Below the pieces are notes generated by a model, which saw only the letters and a program-made list of their open reading frames with translations, was not told where the DNA came from and made no database searches. From contig OZ037766.1 in assembly GCA_964035545.1 (NCBI GenBank), positions 30,292,274 through 30,356,273 of the forward strand: a stretch of DNA of 64,000 bases, read 5' to 3'. The stretch's first letter is position 1. Every line of letters begins with the position of its first letter. Below are positions 26,972 through 39,877 of the stretch, piece by piece. The translations under genes were made by a program, and so were the position numbers. Source of the stretch: Bugula neritina. Taxonomy: Eukaryota; Animalia; Bryozoa.

Positions 26972-27013
26972 TGCACAGCAGCTGTTTCGGGATTTGTCCC
27001 CTCATCAGCACAG
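26972..27013 (-). ncRNA. Degenerate minimal hammerhead ribozyme motif (Penelope/retrozyme type)
   Basis: Minus strand reads CTGTG-CTGATGA-GGGG-ACAAA-TCCC-GAA-ACAG-CTG-CTGT-G-CA. Catalytic core and stems II/III are present; the cleavage triplet is GUG and stem I is weak. Confidence 0.55.
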
Positions 27014-27554
27014 AACAGAGTACCATGGCCCACACCTTCGCAATGGAAGAAACTTATAGATTTACTAAAGCATATTTAAAAAGTGTGTAAAACCAAGCCA
27101 GAAAACTCAAGTGACTCTAGGGGTCACCTATAGGAGTCACGAGCATTGCTAAATGCTAGCAGCTTGAGTTTGTGACCATATATGGCTAGAATTCTCAATC
27201 ACCTCATGTCATTGCTGAGCATCAAGTGTGAGCATAATATCTCAATATGTGTACATATATGTACATATATATATACATATACACATTTTATTTTACATTT
27301 GTTATTTTATTCATCATTCATCATAATTACATATCTTATTGCGCAGAGCAAGTACCAGTATATAAAGTGCACAAATAATGTACATGAGTTATACTACATT
27401 GTATCATATAAAACACAATTTGTGTAGGTAGAAGCAATTACAATAAAAACACTAAAATGTGACCCCAGATGTAGAAAAACCACTGAGCACAAGAAAATAT
27501 GAAACAAAAAAATATAAATTCAGTTTGATTACAATGTCATATTAAGCCTCAAAA

Positions 27555-30500
27555 TCATGTTTCTACGCGTTCATATCTTTTTGCACAAACTGCCAGTCCA
27601 TAGGAAATAAAGAAGAGAAGAAATTGGGCTATAATATACATAGCAATTATACCAAGCACAATTCCAGTGGCCAGCCCGGGACTGCTTTCCCAATCTAGTA
27701 TAGGGTAAACAATGGTCCCCGTTGTACTCCACAAGATTACAGTTAAGAGAACATAGGCTGTACCAAAGATGGCTGTATGATAAGTATGAAGGATACGAGT
27801 GTTCACAGAGCTCATGTACTGCTCACTGAACATCAGTATAACATTAGCGGCATGAGTGGCAAAGTTGTTGAAGGTTACAGGCTGGCCATTGTAGAGCAGA
27901 CCCCAGTATACGATCGTTACTATACCAGAGCTAGGCAGAGCAATGTTATAAAATACCCATTGAATCTTCATAAACCAGGGTAAAGGAGTTTCTTTAATTT
28001 TTGGAGCAGTCTCATTATTTTCCTATAATATTGATAGCAGAATGCAATAATGTGCACATGTGATTTCATTTTGGATAATCATTTTTGAAAAAAATCATAT
28101 GCAATTTATTTCTATTATCATGACTAGAATGTAATTTAGAATAAAAGATTTTCAATTTTGACTAAAAATGTTTTTACAATAAAATTAGGCTAAGAAAAAT
28201 TATTTAAACAATTTTTGTTTTGGCAAATTTACTCTTTTGCTCAAGCACATAAAAATTTATTAGTTAAAACGTTGCAAATTGATTGCAACGAAAGCTGATA
28301 GAGAAATTCACTGACAAGATCTATGTATTATAATGACTTTTTATGCTTCATAACACATTTGTTAAAATTTTGATTTATAGTATTAGGTTAGTTAAGAAAT
28401 ATGAAAATATGTTGCTATGATAACATTTTTTGTAACATTTAGTTATAGTTTGACCTAATAATAGTTTATTTCAACAGTTTTCAGTTAAAACAATTGTTCA
28501 TATAATAATATTTGAGTATACTGCGTTTATAGCTGCAATACTTATAGTTATATAATGATTATGTCAACCGGAAAAACAACAGTTATTATACGCAATAAGC
28601 AAAATAAACTTGATAATTATTTTGTTTTACAGCAAAGTAGAAGTATTTGTATGAGTCATACCTGAGAGGCAGTTTCTGATGAGTCAGCATTAGCTTTTGA
28701 GTCAGCAAGCTTTCTTCTCATTGCGAGTTGTGTACACAAATAATACACACTACAATAATATTTTATAGCAATGCCAAATATTGTATATGAACACACAGTA
28801 GCTTTGTAATCTAGAGCAATTGCTTTACTATAGTATAGGACCTATACAATCTGATTTCTCACCTTTCTCCGCCATGTCCTTATCTGATTGAAATCATTAA
28901 TTTATTAAAAGCAACTTGGTTTTTATACATACAAGAATATGAGTTTGGTAATTTTTATGCATGGCAGCTTTCATGCTTACAAAACTTGACCATTATATAA
29001 TTGCTCAACAATAGAGAAGATAACTCCTGATAACCGAAGCTCAAAAATCAATAAAAGGTGCATAAGGAAGCATTATAATATCTTATATATGGTTCAAAAT
29101 TTTAATTTCTGAATTGTTGTATATATATATAAGCTCAATTATATATTGCTATATGTTATATCACATTATGACCACAATATAAGATGTAAGGCACCAGGTG
29201 TAATAATACATTTTGTTTTAACTGATTCAAATGCTATATATATACACATATGCGCCTATATTTAAAAATATAATTCTATATAGAGAAATTTTCAGTAAGA
29301 CTATATAGAAATCTTTACACATTTGCTATAATTGTAAACCATAGTGCATTAATAAATTTCGAAAATTGTATACAAAACCAAGGTAATTGCTAAAGAAGAG
29401 TTTTGAAACTTAACTATATGTGGCGGCTAATAAATAATAATGTATAGAAAGTAGTGTGTGCAGGACTCGATGTATATTGCTTACAGTATGGCTTGTTTAC
29501 CCTGCAACTAAGCTTCAGAGATACATAAAAAACGTGGCTATATAACTACTATAAGCACTAGGGGGCAAGTATCCACATTTGAATAGTCACAGGAATGTTT
29601 AGTAAACTATACAAAGAAATTGCTTTCAAAGGTGAACAATACATGGTACAAAAGTCAACTTGTTGTTTACAGAATCTAAATTAAGTTGTATCTTATTGGC
29701 TGAGCAAATATAGAAAGAATGACTTATAGGTTAAAGTTTTATTTATGAAGAGAAACCCTAAAGGCATGAACAATAGCAATGTAATTGAGAAGGTTCACAA
29801 TGTATGCCTTAAATGTTTGTATATCATATATTACAAGTCTTTTAAAATAAACATATGCTTTATTGAACAAAAATATCAGAGTATTAAAAAGCAGTTACCC
29901 TCACATGACTCTAAGCAGCTTTGCCTACTTATTCTAAATATGTAAATAGTTTTTTCCTCTAGTTATTGCAAGCATCAAACGCAGCAGCACCGCCATTTCG
30001 CCACATAATAAAACTACTGCCAAAGCAGGCTTCAATTCGTTATTAGCTTTTATCAATGTTAAAGCTACAGCTATTGGCTGAGCAGTAATAGCTTAACTGA
30101 ACACAAAATACTAAGATTCACAATGAACATTATAGGTGATTAGAAGATGACAACACGTAGCTTAGATTACAACTTGTATCCTTTGTATTTTATATTATGC
30201 TTTGCTTAACATCCTTGAAGCAAATGCAAGCTATAGATAGACTAATGTTGCAGTTACCCTACACTGAAGTTCTTCAATTGGTTCTTGTGATATAGCTACT
30301 AAATGAATGAAAGCTGTAACATGCATCTACAAGACACCTGAAAGCAACGGCCTTGTTATATGCCATGATATTCAAATTTCTTAACTCTAAATTATGTGAA
30401 GTACATTTTAAGCAATAGAATAAACTTCATAAACTTTACCTTGAGATTGATGCAAAAAGAAAATAAATCATGATGCAGAGGAAACACCATCTTGTAAAGT

Positions 30501-31422
30501 AAAAGTAGCTAAGCCCATAGGTATCTGCGGTAGCATCATCAACAATAATGGTGATAAGAGTAAAGAGAAAGGCGGACACTCTGTAGAAAGTGTGTCCCAA
30601 CACCCAACCTTGGTGACTGCAGAACTGAAGCACACAAACAAATAAACTAGGTAAGCTTGGTGTAAAGGCAGTAAGTTTATAGTCTATAATCTACATATTG
30701 ACCTTCATTATAACCGAACAAACTTGCTATAACATTTGTAGTAGCCTATTAAAGAATCCTGACCTACTTCACTTATGCAGTATTAAAATATTTTTATACA
30801 TTTTTGTGCAAGTATTGAAAATTTAAACTTTGAATTTTCAAATCATCTCTGTGATCAGGTTGTGCAGTGCAGCAGCTAAAAATAGCGTGCATAAGTTAGC
30901 TATAATTAGTATAAGTTTTATAGTTGGGGTGAAGTCAAAGCCAACTTGAAGAGACATCTATAAGCCATCAAAAATCCCACCAAATCATTTCAGCACACGC
31001 TCACACAAAATTCATTGTAAAACAAAATTGTTTAGGAATACAATCTTAAAACAGTATGTAAATGAAAAACAATATATATAATAATATTTTATTAATGTAT
31101 AAGTGAAGTGTGTCAGGGATTTTTTAAGTTTAACCAGAGATCCAGTGGTGTATTTGTTAGCACGCCTGCTTGCAATTGGGAGGTCTTGGGTTTGAATTTC
31201 AGTGGGAGCAAAATTATTTTCTAGCATTAAATGTTTTAATTACTGTATGGTAATAGTTTCTGAGAAGAATTTACACATATTCAATAAAATTATGGTTATT
31301 GTAAAAAAGAGTTCACACAAATTGATATTTACCCTGGGTGCAGACAACTCCTTCTGTGTTGCATCTTGAAAGAAGACTTTCCTTCTTGTAAATTCTGCTT
31401 TGAAAGCTTTTACACAGGCCAT
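27555..31422 (-). CDS. rost: Rolling-stone-like membrane protein, copy 2 (~276 aa); exons 31333-31422, 30440-30624, 28662-28749, 27555-28022
   Basis: Same exon structure and phases as copy 1. Motifs YFTRW, LPWFMKIQW, THAAN, YPILDW. Exon 3 carries an 18-nt in-frame internal duplication (ADSKANADS). Confidence 0.85.
31141..31210 (+). mobile_element. Decayed tRNA-like sequence (SINE head or tRNA pseudogene) in intron 1 of rost copy 2
   Basis: gtggtgtatttgttagcacgcctgcttgcaattgggaggtcttgggtttgaatttc has A-box/anticodon-arm/B-box-like order but is degenerate. Confidence 0.4.
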
Positions 31423-32109
31423 GCTGTACTATAGTATGTTTAACTTATATATACTCTGTACTCTAACTAGTAGGTATAAGTATAACTGAGACACTAGAAC
31501 ACCCAACACAACTTAGCTGATTGTGGTTAGCAACGTAGGAAGAAGTGATTATATATTCTAACCAGAAACTTATATAAACTACAACTGAAACTGCTTCTAC
31601 ACATCATTTGAATGACTGTCCAGCCTCCTTATGGCTGCTTAGTAACTTAAGGCTCACTATATATAATATGTCAATTCTATTAGTTGTCAGCTTTCAAAAA
31701 GGCATTGTTCATTCGTTGTTCACACATAATAGCTTTTCCAATAATGATCATATTATTGCACTTTTTTATCTGATTGGATGTAAAAACATCCATGCTTAAG
31801 TAATGAATGTATTATATAAGCTCAATCCCGTTGCATAAATACTTTTCCAGTTTAAAGTTTATTCTATAAATTTTTGTATTTTAAAATAAAAAAGACAAAA
31901 TGTATTCCATGGAGTAAATTATTTGCAGAAAATATGCAGTGACATTATAGCTATAAAAGTTGAATAAAATCTGCGATAGCGTTTATTAAATTCCTAGCTT
32001 GACAAAATTAGAAAATAAAATTGTTTGGAAAATAACAAAACTGAGAAACAAACAGGACGAAGCATGAGCTTAGGCAACTTAATGAATGGCTTTACTATTA
32101 AGGAATAAA

Positions 32110-33336
32110 AATCTCACGGAATATAAAAAAGGATCAATACTTATTGAAAGATGGTAGGAGGGGTAGTCCATGTTGGGTAAGCGTCTCTTACTCAGAAAGA
32201 TCCCAATTGATATTTGTAGAACTTCAACTACATACTGAACTGATTCTAACAGAAGCAACAGTATGCTGTTAAAATAACACTGGTAACTGCTGCCAGTACT
32301 ACAAGTACTACTACAATACTACTACAAGTGCTACTAGCAAGGCCAATTGATATTGTTAGCATAGTTAGGCGTAGATAATAATATATCAGAGCTCAATTGG
32401 TCTTGTTCTATTTAATTTGCAGAGCTATCCAATATCATCCAGTGTGAGTTATTTTTGTTGATCATGAATGCAGTGTTTTAACAAAGGAGTTATCCTACCT
32501 AATCTTGCATGTCATGTACTCTGAATGACAACCAACTGCACTACTGTAGGAGCAGATAATCCCAGAAGAATGTGTACAGGTTTAGATGGGTCACTATTCA
32601 GATTTCCAGCAACCTAAAACATAGCAAGCAGTGGCTAAATTGTGTCAAGAGGTAATAGCACTAAGTTTTGCACTCAACTAGCCACGCTTTGGTATTATAT
32701 AATAGAATGTTTGACCCAATACACGGCATTGGTAGAATTCATCTTGTTAATACTATTATATGAACAAGAAATACCCAAGCTTTGATTAATAGTTTATGGA
32801 ATTACACAGTTCATAAAGATTACAGTGAATTAATATCTAATTATTCATTATTCAGCTTGATTGAACAGCTGTAACTAATGATTTGTACCAATTACCACTA
32901 CCTGGCCATGTACCCACACACACCCACACACTTGCAGCTCGCACAGAGTAAAAACATGTTAAATACTTTAAAAGCATCAATTTCTCTGGTAACAGCATCT
33001 GCTATATAATAAATTATTCTAAGTATAGTTGATATTCTGTCTTCAAAATCACTCTTGAAATTATCAAAAGCAAATTATGCTGCTATTTATAGATTTTAAA
33101 TCTGGGCTACACAGTTTTCTGGTAATAAACAATCTCAGCAGAATAAATTAGAAAAACTACAAAAGTAAAAGTTAGTAGAAAAGTGTACAAACAGCTGTGA
33201 TATTTTATGAATACATGCAAACATGCAGTAGCCTACTGAAATCATAACTCACAGAATGGTGTGCAAGCAGCTGCGCAGTTGAAGGTTTGTAAAATATAGC
33301 AGATCCATCTGGTCCAATATTGTCATCAGACATCAG
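32110..33336 (-). pseudogene. Duplicated, decayed 3' fragment of nocturnin
   Basis: Remnants of the last exon (RLPNMDYPSYHLS, ~32110-32256), the GDLNSDP exon (~32498-32612, internally deleted) and half of the NIGPDGSAIFYKP exon (33252-33336). The intervening exons are missing. Confidence 0.85.
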
Positions 33337-33694
33337 ATAAGCCTATAAAAGATAATTTTAAAGAAACTGGCTTGTTAATTTTTAAACTTTGGTTGGCTGC
33401 TGAAAGTTTTTCCTGTAAATAAAATTAGTACAATGATACTATGATAAATAAAAAAAATTGTCACTTGATTTAGTGTATACTTGTAATACTTTTTTTTCAG
33501 CGTATGCTTTCGTAATAAAAGTTTTTGCTAATAGACATTACATGCACATATAGCCTAATTTGAGGAAAAAGATTTGAAAAATTCTGCTACAATATCGATC
33601 GAGTTAGAAATGTTAGCTCTGATACAACTCACGGTGTTAATACCCGCTATGGTTGACAGTTCTATTTATTTCCTTATTTTTTGATTACCATCAC

Positions 33695-33997
33695 GTCAAT
33701 TTTACTTTAATTGATCTGTGTAAGCAGTGGCAGGTGTCTGGAGAAAGAATTAAACTATTGGAAGTTTTATAAGTGTAGACATGAATGTCATATTATTTAT
33801 TAATCTGTCAAAATTTTCTCTTTTTTTGCATCAATTTTAAGGATAAGAAGAAATTGATTGGACAAGTTTAATTGAACTTACTCAGTTGAAATTCTTTTAG
33901 ACAAATTTTGTATCTCTTGGTTTTCATATAAAAGCAAAAAAATTAAAGGCGGTGTTCAATTAGGCTCGTGCAGTTATAACTTCGTATTTGTTAGCAG
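33695..33997 (+). promoter_or_regulatory. Promoter and non-coding first exon of peptide paralog D
   Basis: TATAAAA at 33927-33933, donor gtatgc at 33998, acceptor ttacag ending 34204; colinear with the paralog C promoter. Confidence 0.55.
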
Positions 33998-34218
33998 GTA
34001 TGCAATTTGGCTATTATAGCAACACTTTTAACTCTAATTTTTAAGTTCAAAATGCTTTTAGCTGACTAATTGTTTTGTACAAATTATGTTCAAACCTTTT
34101 CAAAGATAAAACACTCATTTATATAATTTAATGATGACTTGCACTAAATTTTTATTGGTTTTTTTATTTCTTTAGCAATTTTTTTATTCTATGCATGCTT
34201 ACAGATATTTGTATAACA

Positions 34219-35112
34219 ATGAGGGTCAGCATTTTGTCAGTGGTTCTGGTAATGAGTCTGGTGGTGGTGGTTATTTCTGCTCAGCATCGGATTCACCCAG
34301 CTGAAGGTGGTAAGTGAAATATTTATACATATATATATATATATATATTATATATACTAACTCTGATGAAATCAAAACAAATAATCAGTATTTTATAAGT
34401 TAAATTGAGTGAAAAATTAACTTACTTATCGAAATTGTTGCAAAACAACAACTGGTTGTAATTATCATTTTGTACCAATTTAAAAATATGATAAAACTAA
34501 TTAGGTACATGATTTTATGTAAACCAAAACCCAAAAAATTCATAGTAAAAAAATAAAAAACATTTAAAAGTGTTCTCGTATTTTTTTCAATATACCTGCC
34601 AAAATACATTATTTCTCTTTGTCGTGTAATCAATATTTTTAATAGAAAAGTATTTTGAATATCTCTTTTGTAAATAATAATTGAGAATAAAAACACAAAA
34701 TATAATATATTACTGCTGCATCTTGCAAATTAAACATTTGCATTGCAGCTCAATGCTAATATAGCATTATAATATTTTGCATGCTGTACCTATATTATTA
34801 TGTATTCTGTCCTTCTATTTAACATCATTTCTATAAACGTTTTAAAAAAATTTATTTACCAGGTAGAACTTGTCGGAATGTCGTCAAACGGTGATGCACC
34901 GATGCCTGCATTTCGCACACAGGCCGCGACATATATGCCGAGAGAAATCGCATCATAGATGTGTCCGGGCTTGCCAAAAAACTACGGCCCCACCAGCCAC
35001 CACTAGTACTACGACTACTCCAGCGAAACCATTCTGTAATTTTAGCTGTGGCGGAAAACCACATTTTGGTGGACTTAGAAGAAGAAACTTTAGAAGAGGT
35101 CAAAAGCATTAA
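34219..35112 (+). pseudogene. Peptide paralog D with a 1-nt deletion near the start of exon 2; join(34219..34309,34863..35112)
   Basis: Exon 1 MRVSILSVVLVMSLVVVVISAQHRIHPAEG is intact. The spliced frame gives GRTCRNVVKR*. Adding one base at ~34877 restores GRTCRxCRQTVMHRCLHFAHRPRHICREKSHHRCVRACQKTTAPPATTSTTTTPAKPFCNFSCGGKPHFGGLRRRNFRRGQKH*, colinear with paralog C. Confidence 0.8.
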
Positions 35113-36459
35113 ATTTTTAAAGCAAATAGAAGAGCTCAGCAATAATTATAGATGTAAACTTTTGGTGTTGATTTTATCTACATTTGATTTTCACTGCTGT
35201 TTGCGTTGCTGTTCTTGTAACATTTTAAATAATTTGAATAAATAATGCAAAATAAACTACTAGACTTAATTTTAATTGATCCCTTAGTTTTATATTATCA
35301 TAAACTCAAATAGCCAACTCAAAAACAAAAACTTATACATGTAAATCATTCACTTGATCACATGAGAAGCAGAGGATATGCATTGTAATTGTTAGCATAT
35401 ATAATGGTAAATGAGAAAAAATATTGCAGACTGTCCAGAATCTAGTACAGTAGCCTGTTTTAATAAATTAAAAAGAAAAGTTAATTTTTTTGTTTTGAAG
35501 CATTATAAGACTTGTTTAATAACAACAGCTAAAATATATTGCAAAGTTATAGCCAACACAGCTTTTTTGAATTTGTTGATGCTATAGCATTATTAAAATT
35601 GCTATATAGCTAAATAGCTATATAATTATTAAAATATTTCAAAGTTTATTGCACATATTGCAATATTGACTTTGATAATTTAATGCTACTTTTTCAATTA
35701 AAAAAATAATTTGTTTTTTATATTGTTATAGAAACTTGAAGTTTGATATTTTTTCAATATATATAAATAGCTATTATTATTTAATTAAAAAGCAATGACA
35801 TATTCTATTTGTATCTTGAAACTAATAATTTTATTGTTTTGTCAGGTTTCACAATTTTTAAAAAAGTGTATACCACATTTAGCTAATATGAAAAAAGAAA
35901 TAATATTTTTATAAAATTTGAAAGCATATATTATAGTTAGGGTATTATAGCTAAAGTAAGGCATTTGCTTTATATGTTTAGAGTTTATTTTGTTTATGGA
36001 AAGTATTTTAATTAAACATAATTATAGATCTTTTAGATAATACATTTTCTGGCCATATATAATAAATCAAGAACATGCTTTGTAAATGATCAACTTTTTA
36101 ATTTGTGGTTAATATGAAATGGTACGTTTCTTACTTTCAAATTTTGAATACAATTTATATATCTTTCATAGCTGATTGAAATAGGAAAAATGACAGTGAC
36201 ATATTATATGTAACGCTATAGCACAATTTATGACCTGTATAATACCAAGTTTATTTTATTTTTATATTTTCAAAGAACCTGTATTTAAAATTCCCATTAT
36301 CCAAGTGCTCCTTGTAGGTTTTCTATATAATCTTGATTTATATTAGAATTTCACATCCTAAGGTAAGACTGAAATAACTTTACAGTTAAAGAGATGATGT
36401 TTTGCAGGTGTTGTTTTATTGAGCAGATGTTTTATATTTCATATACATACTTGTTATAA

Positions 36460-36680
36460 AAACTCATTCACTAAAGTTTATAGTCGCTATCTCTGTGAGA
36501 GACCTCTGATGGAAGGGTTTTTTGTTGTAAAGCAGGCTAAAGACTTATTCAGATGGGGCACAGGAGCAATTATGACTGGATATTCTGCCTAACATCATCA
36601 ATGGCCTTTGTCTGGGCTCGGACCCATGTGACCTCATGTTTACTAGACAGCAGCTCTAACCCCTAAACTATGGCTGCTCC
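36460..36680 (-). mobile_element. tRNA-derived SINE copy
   Basis: Full-length similarity to the 12.6-kb and 45.7-kb copies. Confidence 0.85.
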
Positions 36681-38547
36681 CTCATACTCGTTATAGCTGT
36701 CGTCATAAATATACCGGCAGCTAGCACCTTGAACATATAGTTCTGCAAGTCTGCATTGAATTGACTGCCATTAAAAGTAATCAAAGTTATATAGAATATT
36801 TTTGTAAGTTATATAAGCGTAAATTAGAGGCAGGCAGCTAACGTATATTGAGTTATGAATCATTTATATGGATTAAAAAGAAGGAAGCAGTTTTTCAATG
36901 CTAATAGCTTGATTTATAGCTGCAATAATTCATCATAGAGAGCAACACTGCCCAAAGCACTATTTACAGCCTGATATAGTAAGTATTAAAGTAAGATTTA
37001 GTGGTCAGTGCTTTGGCATTTACTGCGTAGGCTTAGTACCTTAAGAAGTCTTTCCAACAACTTCTACGCAACAAAGTGGGACTACCCCACAAACTTCGAG
37101 ATTAAGTTTCAGGATGCAATGCATTACAAATGCTTCAACAGTAAATTGTTATTCTCCATCCTTTGAACTTCGACAGAAAATTTAATGCGATTATAAAGTA
37201 AGGATGTGGTGAAAATAATATCTATTTACGTTTCCTATAATTTTAATATAGTTATATATAGTTACTTATATAAGCAACTTATTATATATGGCACGCTTTT
37301 AATACTATTGCAAAAACAAGAATGTGGTAAATAAATTATCTATTTATGTTCTGCAATTAATTATTTGGAAAGAAAACTTGCCTTTATATATATATTAGAT
37401 GTTCTGATTGTTTCTTGAATATGTAGAAGGATGCATTAATATACTATGTATATGAATAATTTTTATAACCCAAAGAGACAACTTTCAACTTTGCTTGTGT
37501 AAAGACATGCCTACGCATGTAGCTAAGTTTTATTCATCTTGCAATTAGAGAAGCTGTTTTACAAATTGCTGCCTAAACTGATGTTGCTGCTGCCTTAATT
37601 AAGCTTGATTGCTGCCAGTTCTTACTAACCGGGGAAAATCAGAGTTTCCAATTCACACTTGTTGTATAAACTATTTAGGGTATAAACTCCCCTTTAATCT
37701 CTTTTAGTCAAAAATGTAGATAAAAACAAAACATTAAAGCAATAGATGCACTGCTGCTTTACTTTATTTTAAAGTAGTTTAGCTGAAAAACCCCATGCTT
37801 ATTGATGGTTTATTTATGAAAGACTCAAAAGTAGGTCAGAGTCTTAATGCGTTTAAGTTTAGTGTAAAATCATTATAATCTAAAAAGTATATTAATAAAA
37901 ATACAACTTTGTTTGATTAGAGAATACAATTAATGGTAACAGAATTAGGTTGGAATTTTCATGCTAAAGTATGTTAATTATATTGATGTTGACATACGTA
38001 GGTATTTTTGTAAAAAAAAGTTGACTTGAGGAAAATATATTTCTTCAGCAAAATATTGTTATGCTATAATACAGTAGTTGTACCATATTGTATTTTATGC
38101 GTGTTCTATTATACATATCATAGCATTTAATTCTGCAGTAAATATAGTAAACTAAAATTATTAAAAAAAAATTTGGATGACAAAAAACGCAATGAAATAG
38201 CTACAGAAATATGTTTTCTTTGATCATCATATTTTGTTATAATAGTACTATATGTAAAGTACAATGAAATATCTTTATTTAAAAAACACACTGATTACAG
38301 CAAACACATCTTTAAGATTGACAACATATACAATTAGTGTGTCTACCATATTGGCCACACTGGTTGCTTGCAAAACCACAAGAATAAAGACTATATAGGA
38401 CATAAAGGAAAACAGCACAATTATAATATTGTAAATTTACAAAACAGCTTACATGACTGCATGATGTAATGTCAGGCACATTACATATTTTAGGCTTTAA
38501 AATATGTTCCTCATATACATGTCAATTTACTTCTCTTTGAAACATTC

Positions 38548-38974
38548 TTATATAGCCAGTGTATGTAAAATAAAGAAGAGAAGAAATTGGGCTATAATAT
38601 ACATAGTAATAATACCAAACATGACTCCAGTAGCCAGTCCAGGGCTGGTTTTCCATGTTAGTATAGGGTAAATAATGGTCCCTGTTGTACTCCACAAGAT
38701 TACAGTTAACAAAACATAGGCTGTACCAAAGATGGCTGTATGATAAGTATGAAGGATCTGAGTGTTCACAGAGCTCATGTACTGCTCACTGATCATCAGT
38801 ATAACATTGACGACGTAAAAGGTGAATTAAATGTTAAAGAAAAGAAGAAAAATGTGATTAATGGCATAAAGAGTTTACCTACATTGATACTTCACCCTAG
38901 GTGCTGACAACTCCCTAGGTGCTGACAGACTTCCTTCGTGTGAATTCATGTGTGAAAGCCTCTACACAAGCCAT
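38548..38974 (-). pseudogene. Rolling-stone copy 3, internally deleted
   Basis: Damaged exon 1 (~38897-38974, with duplicated ccctaggtgctgaca) lies only ~90 bp from the 3' half of exon 4 (38548-~38810, close to copy 2). Exons 2-3 and the 5' part of exon 4 are absent. Confidence 0.85.
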
Positions 38975-39642
38975 ACTGTACTATATGTTTAACTTGTTAT
39001 ATATAATATACTCTGTACTCCAACTAGTATAGGTAGTCTAATTGAGTCGCTATAATCCTAACATAACTTAGCTGATTTTGGTTAGCAACAGGAAGAGATG
39101 ATTGCATCCTGACAAGAATTTCGGAAACAACAACTGAGACTACTTCTACACGTTATTTGATTAAATTCCACCCTCTGTATAACTGCTTAGTAAATTGAGG
39201 CTCGTTGCAATAATATAATGCCAATTCTAGTTTTTGTTCACTCCCAATAAAAGCATTGTTCAGCAGCTGTTCTAATGATTGTATTATTGTGTTTTTATTT
39301 CAGTGTGATATAAAAGCATACATGTTCAAGTAATGGATATATTATATTATTCTATGAAACTGAAGCTTAACTCTGCCATGTAAAAACTTGTATTAAAGTT
39401 TCAGGATTTTTTTTTGAAATCTCTTGTATTTTACAATGGAAAGAAAATATTACAAAATATATCATAAAATCAATTGTCTGTAGAAAGACAATAGTAATAA
39501 AGAGTTGAGCAAAGTTTACTATGGCTTGTCAAAATAATAAAAATTGAAGAAACGGTTAAAAAACAATGAAAATGGCGGACAAAATGTAGTTGGAATAAAC
39601 GTAGGCAACTGATGGATGGATTTACAAGTCTCGTTAAAAATT

Positions 39643-39834
39643 TCATTGAATCGCAAAGTCAGTTACCATTGAAAGATGGTCGGAGGGGTAGTCCATGTTA
39701 GGTAGACGTCCCTCACCTAGACAGATCTCATTTGGGATTTGTAGAACTCTGGCTACACTGAACTGATTCTATAACAAGAAGCAACAATATATTGTAATGA
39801 TACTGGCCATGGCAGCTACTGCCAATATTACTAG

Positions 39835-39877
<43 letters not shown>

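Noticed and set aside
34852-35245. Overlapping ORFs 34852..35142 (-) and 34961..35245 (+)
   Set aside because: Alternative frames over peptide D exon 2, with no independent support.
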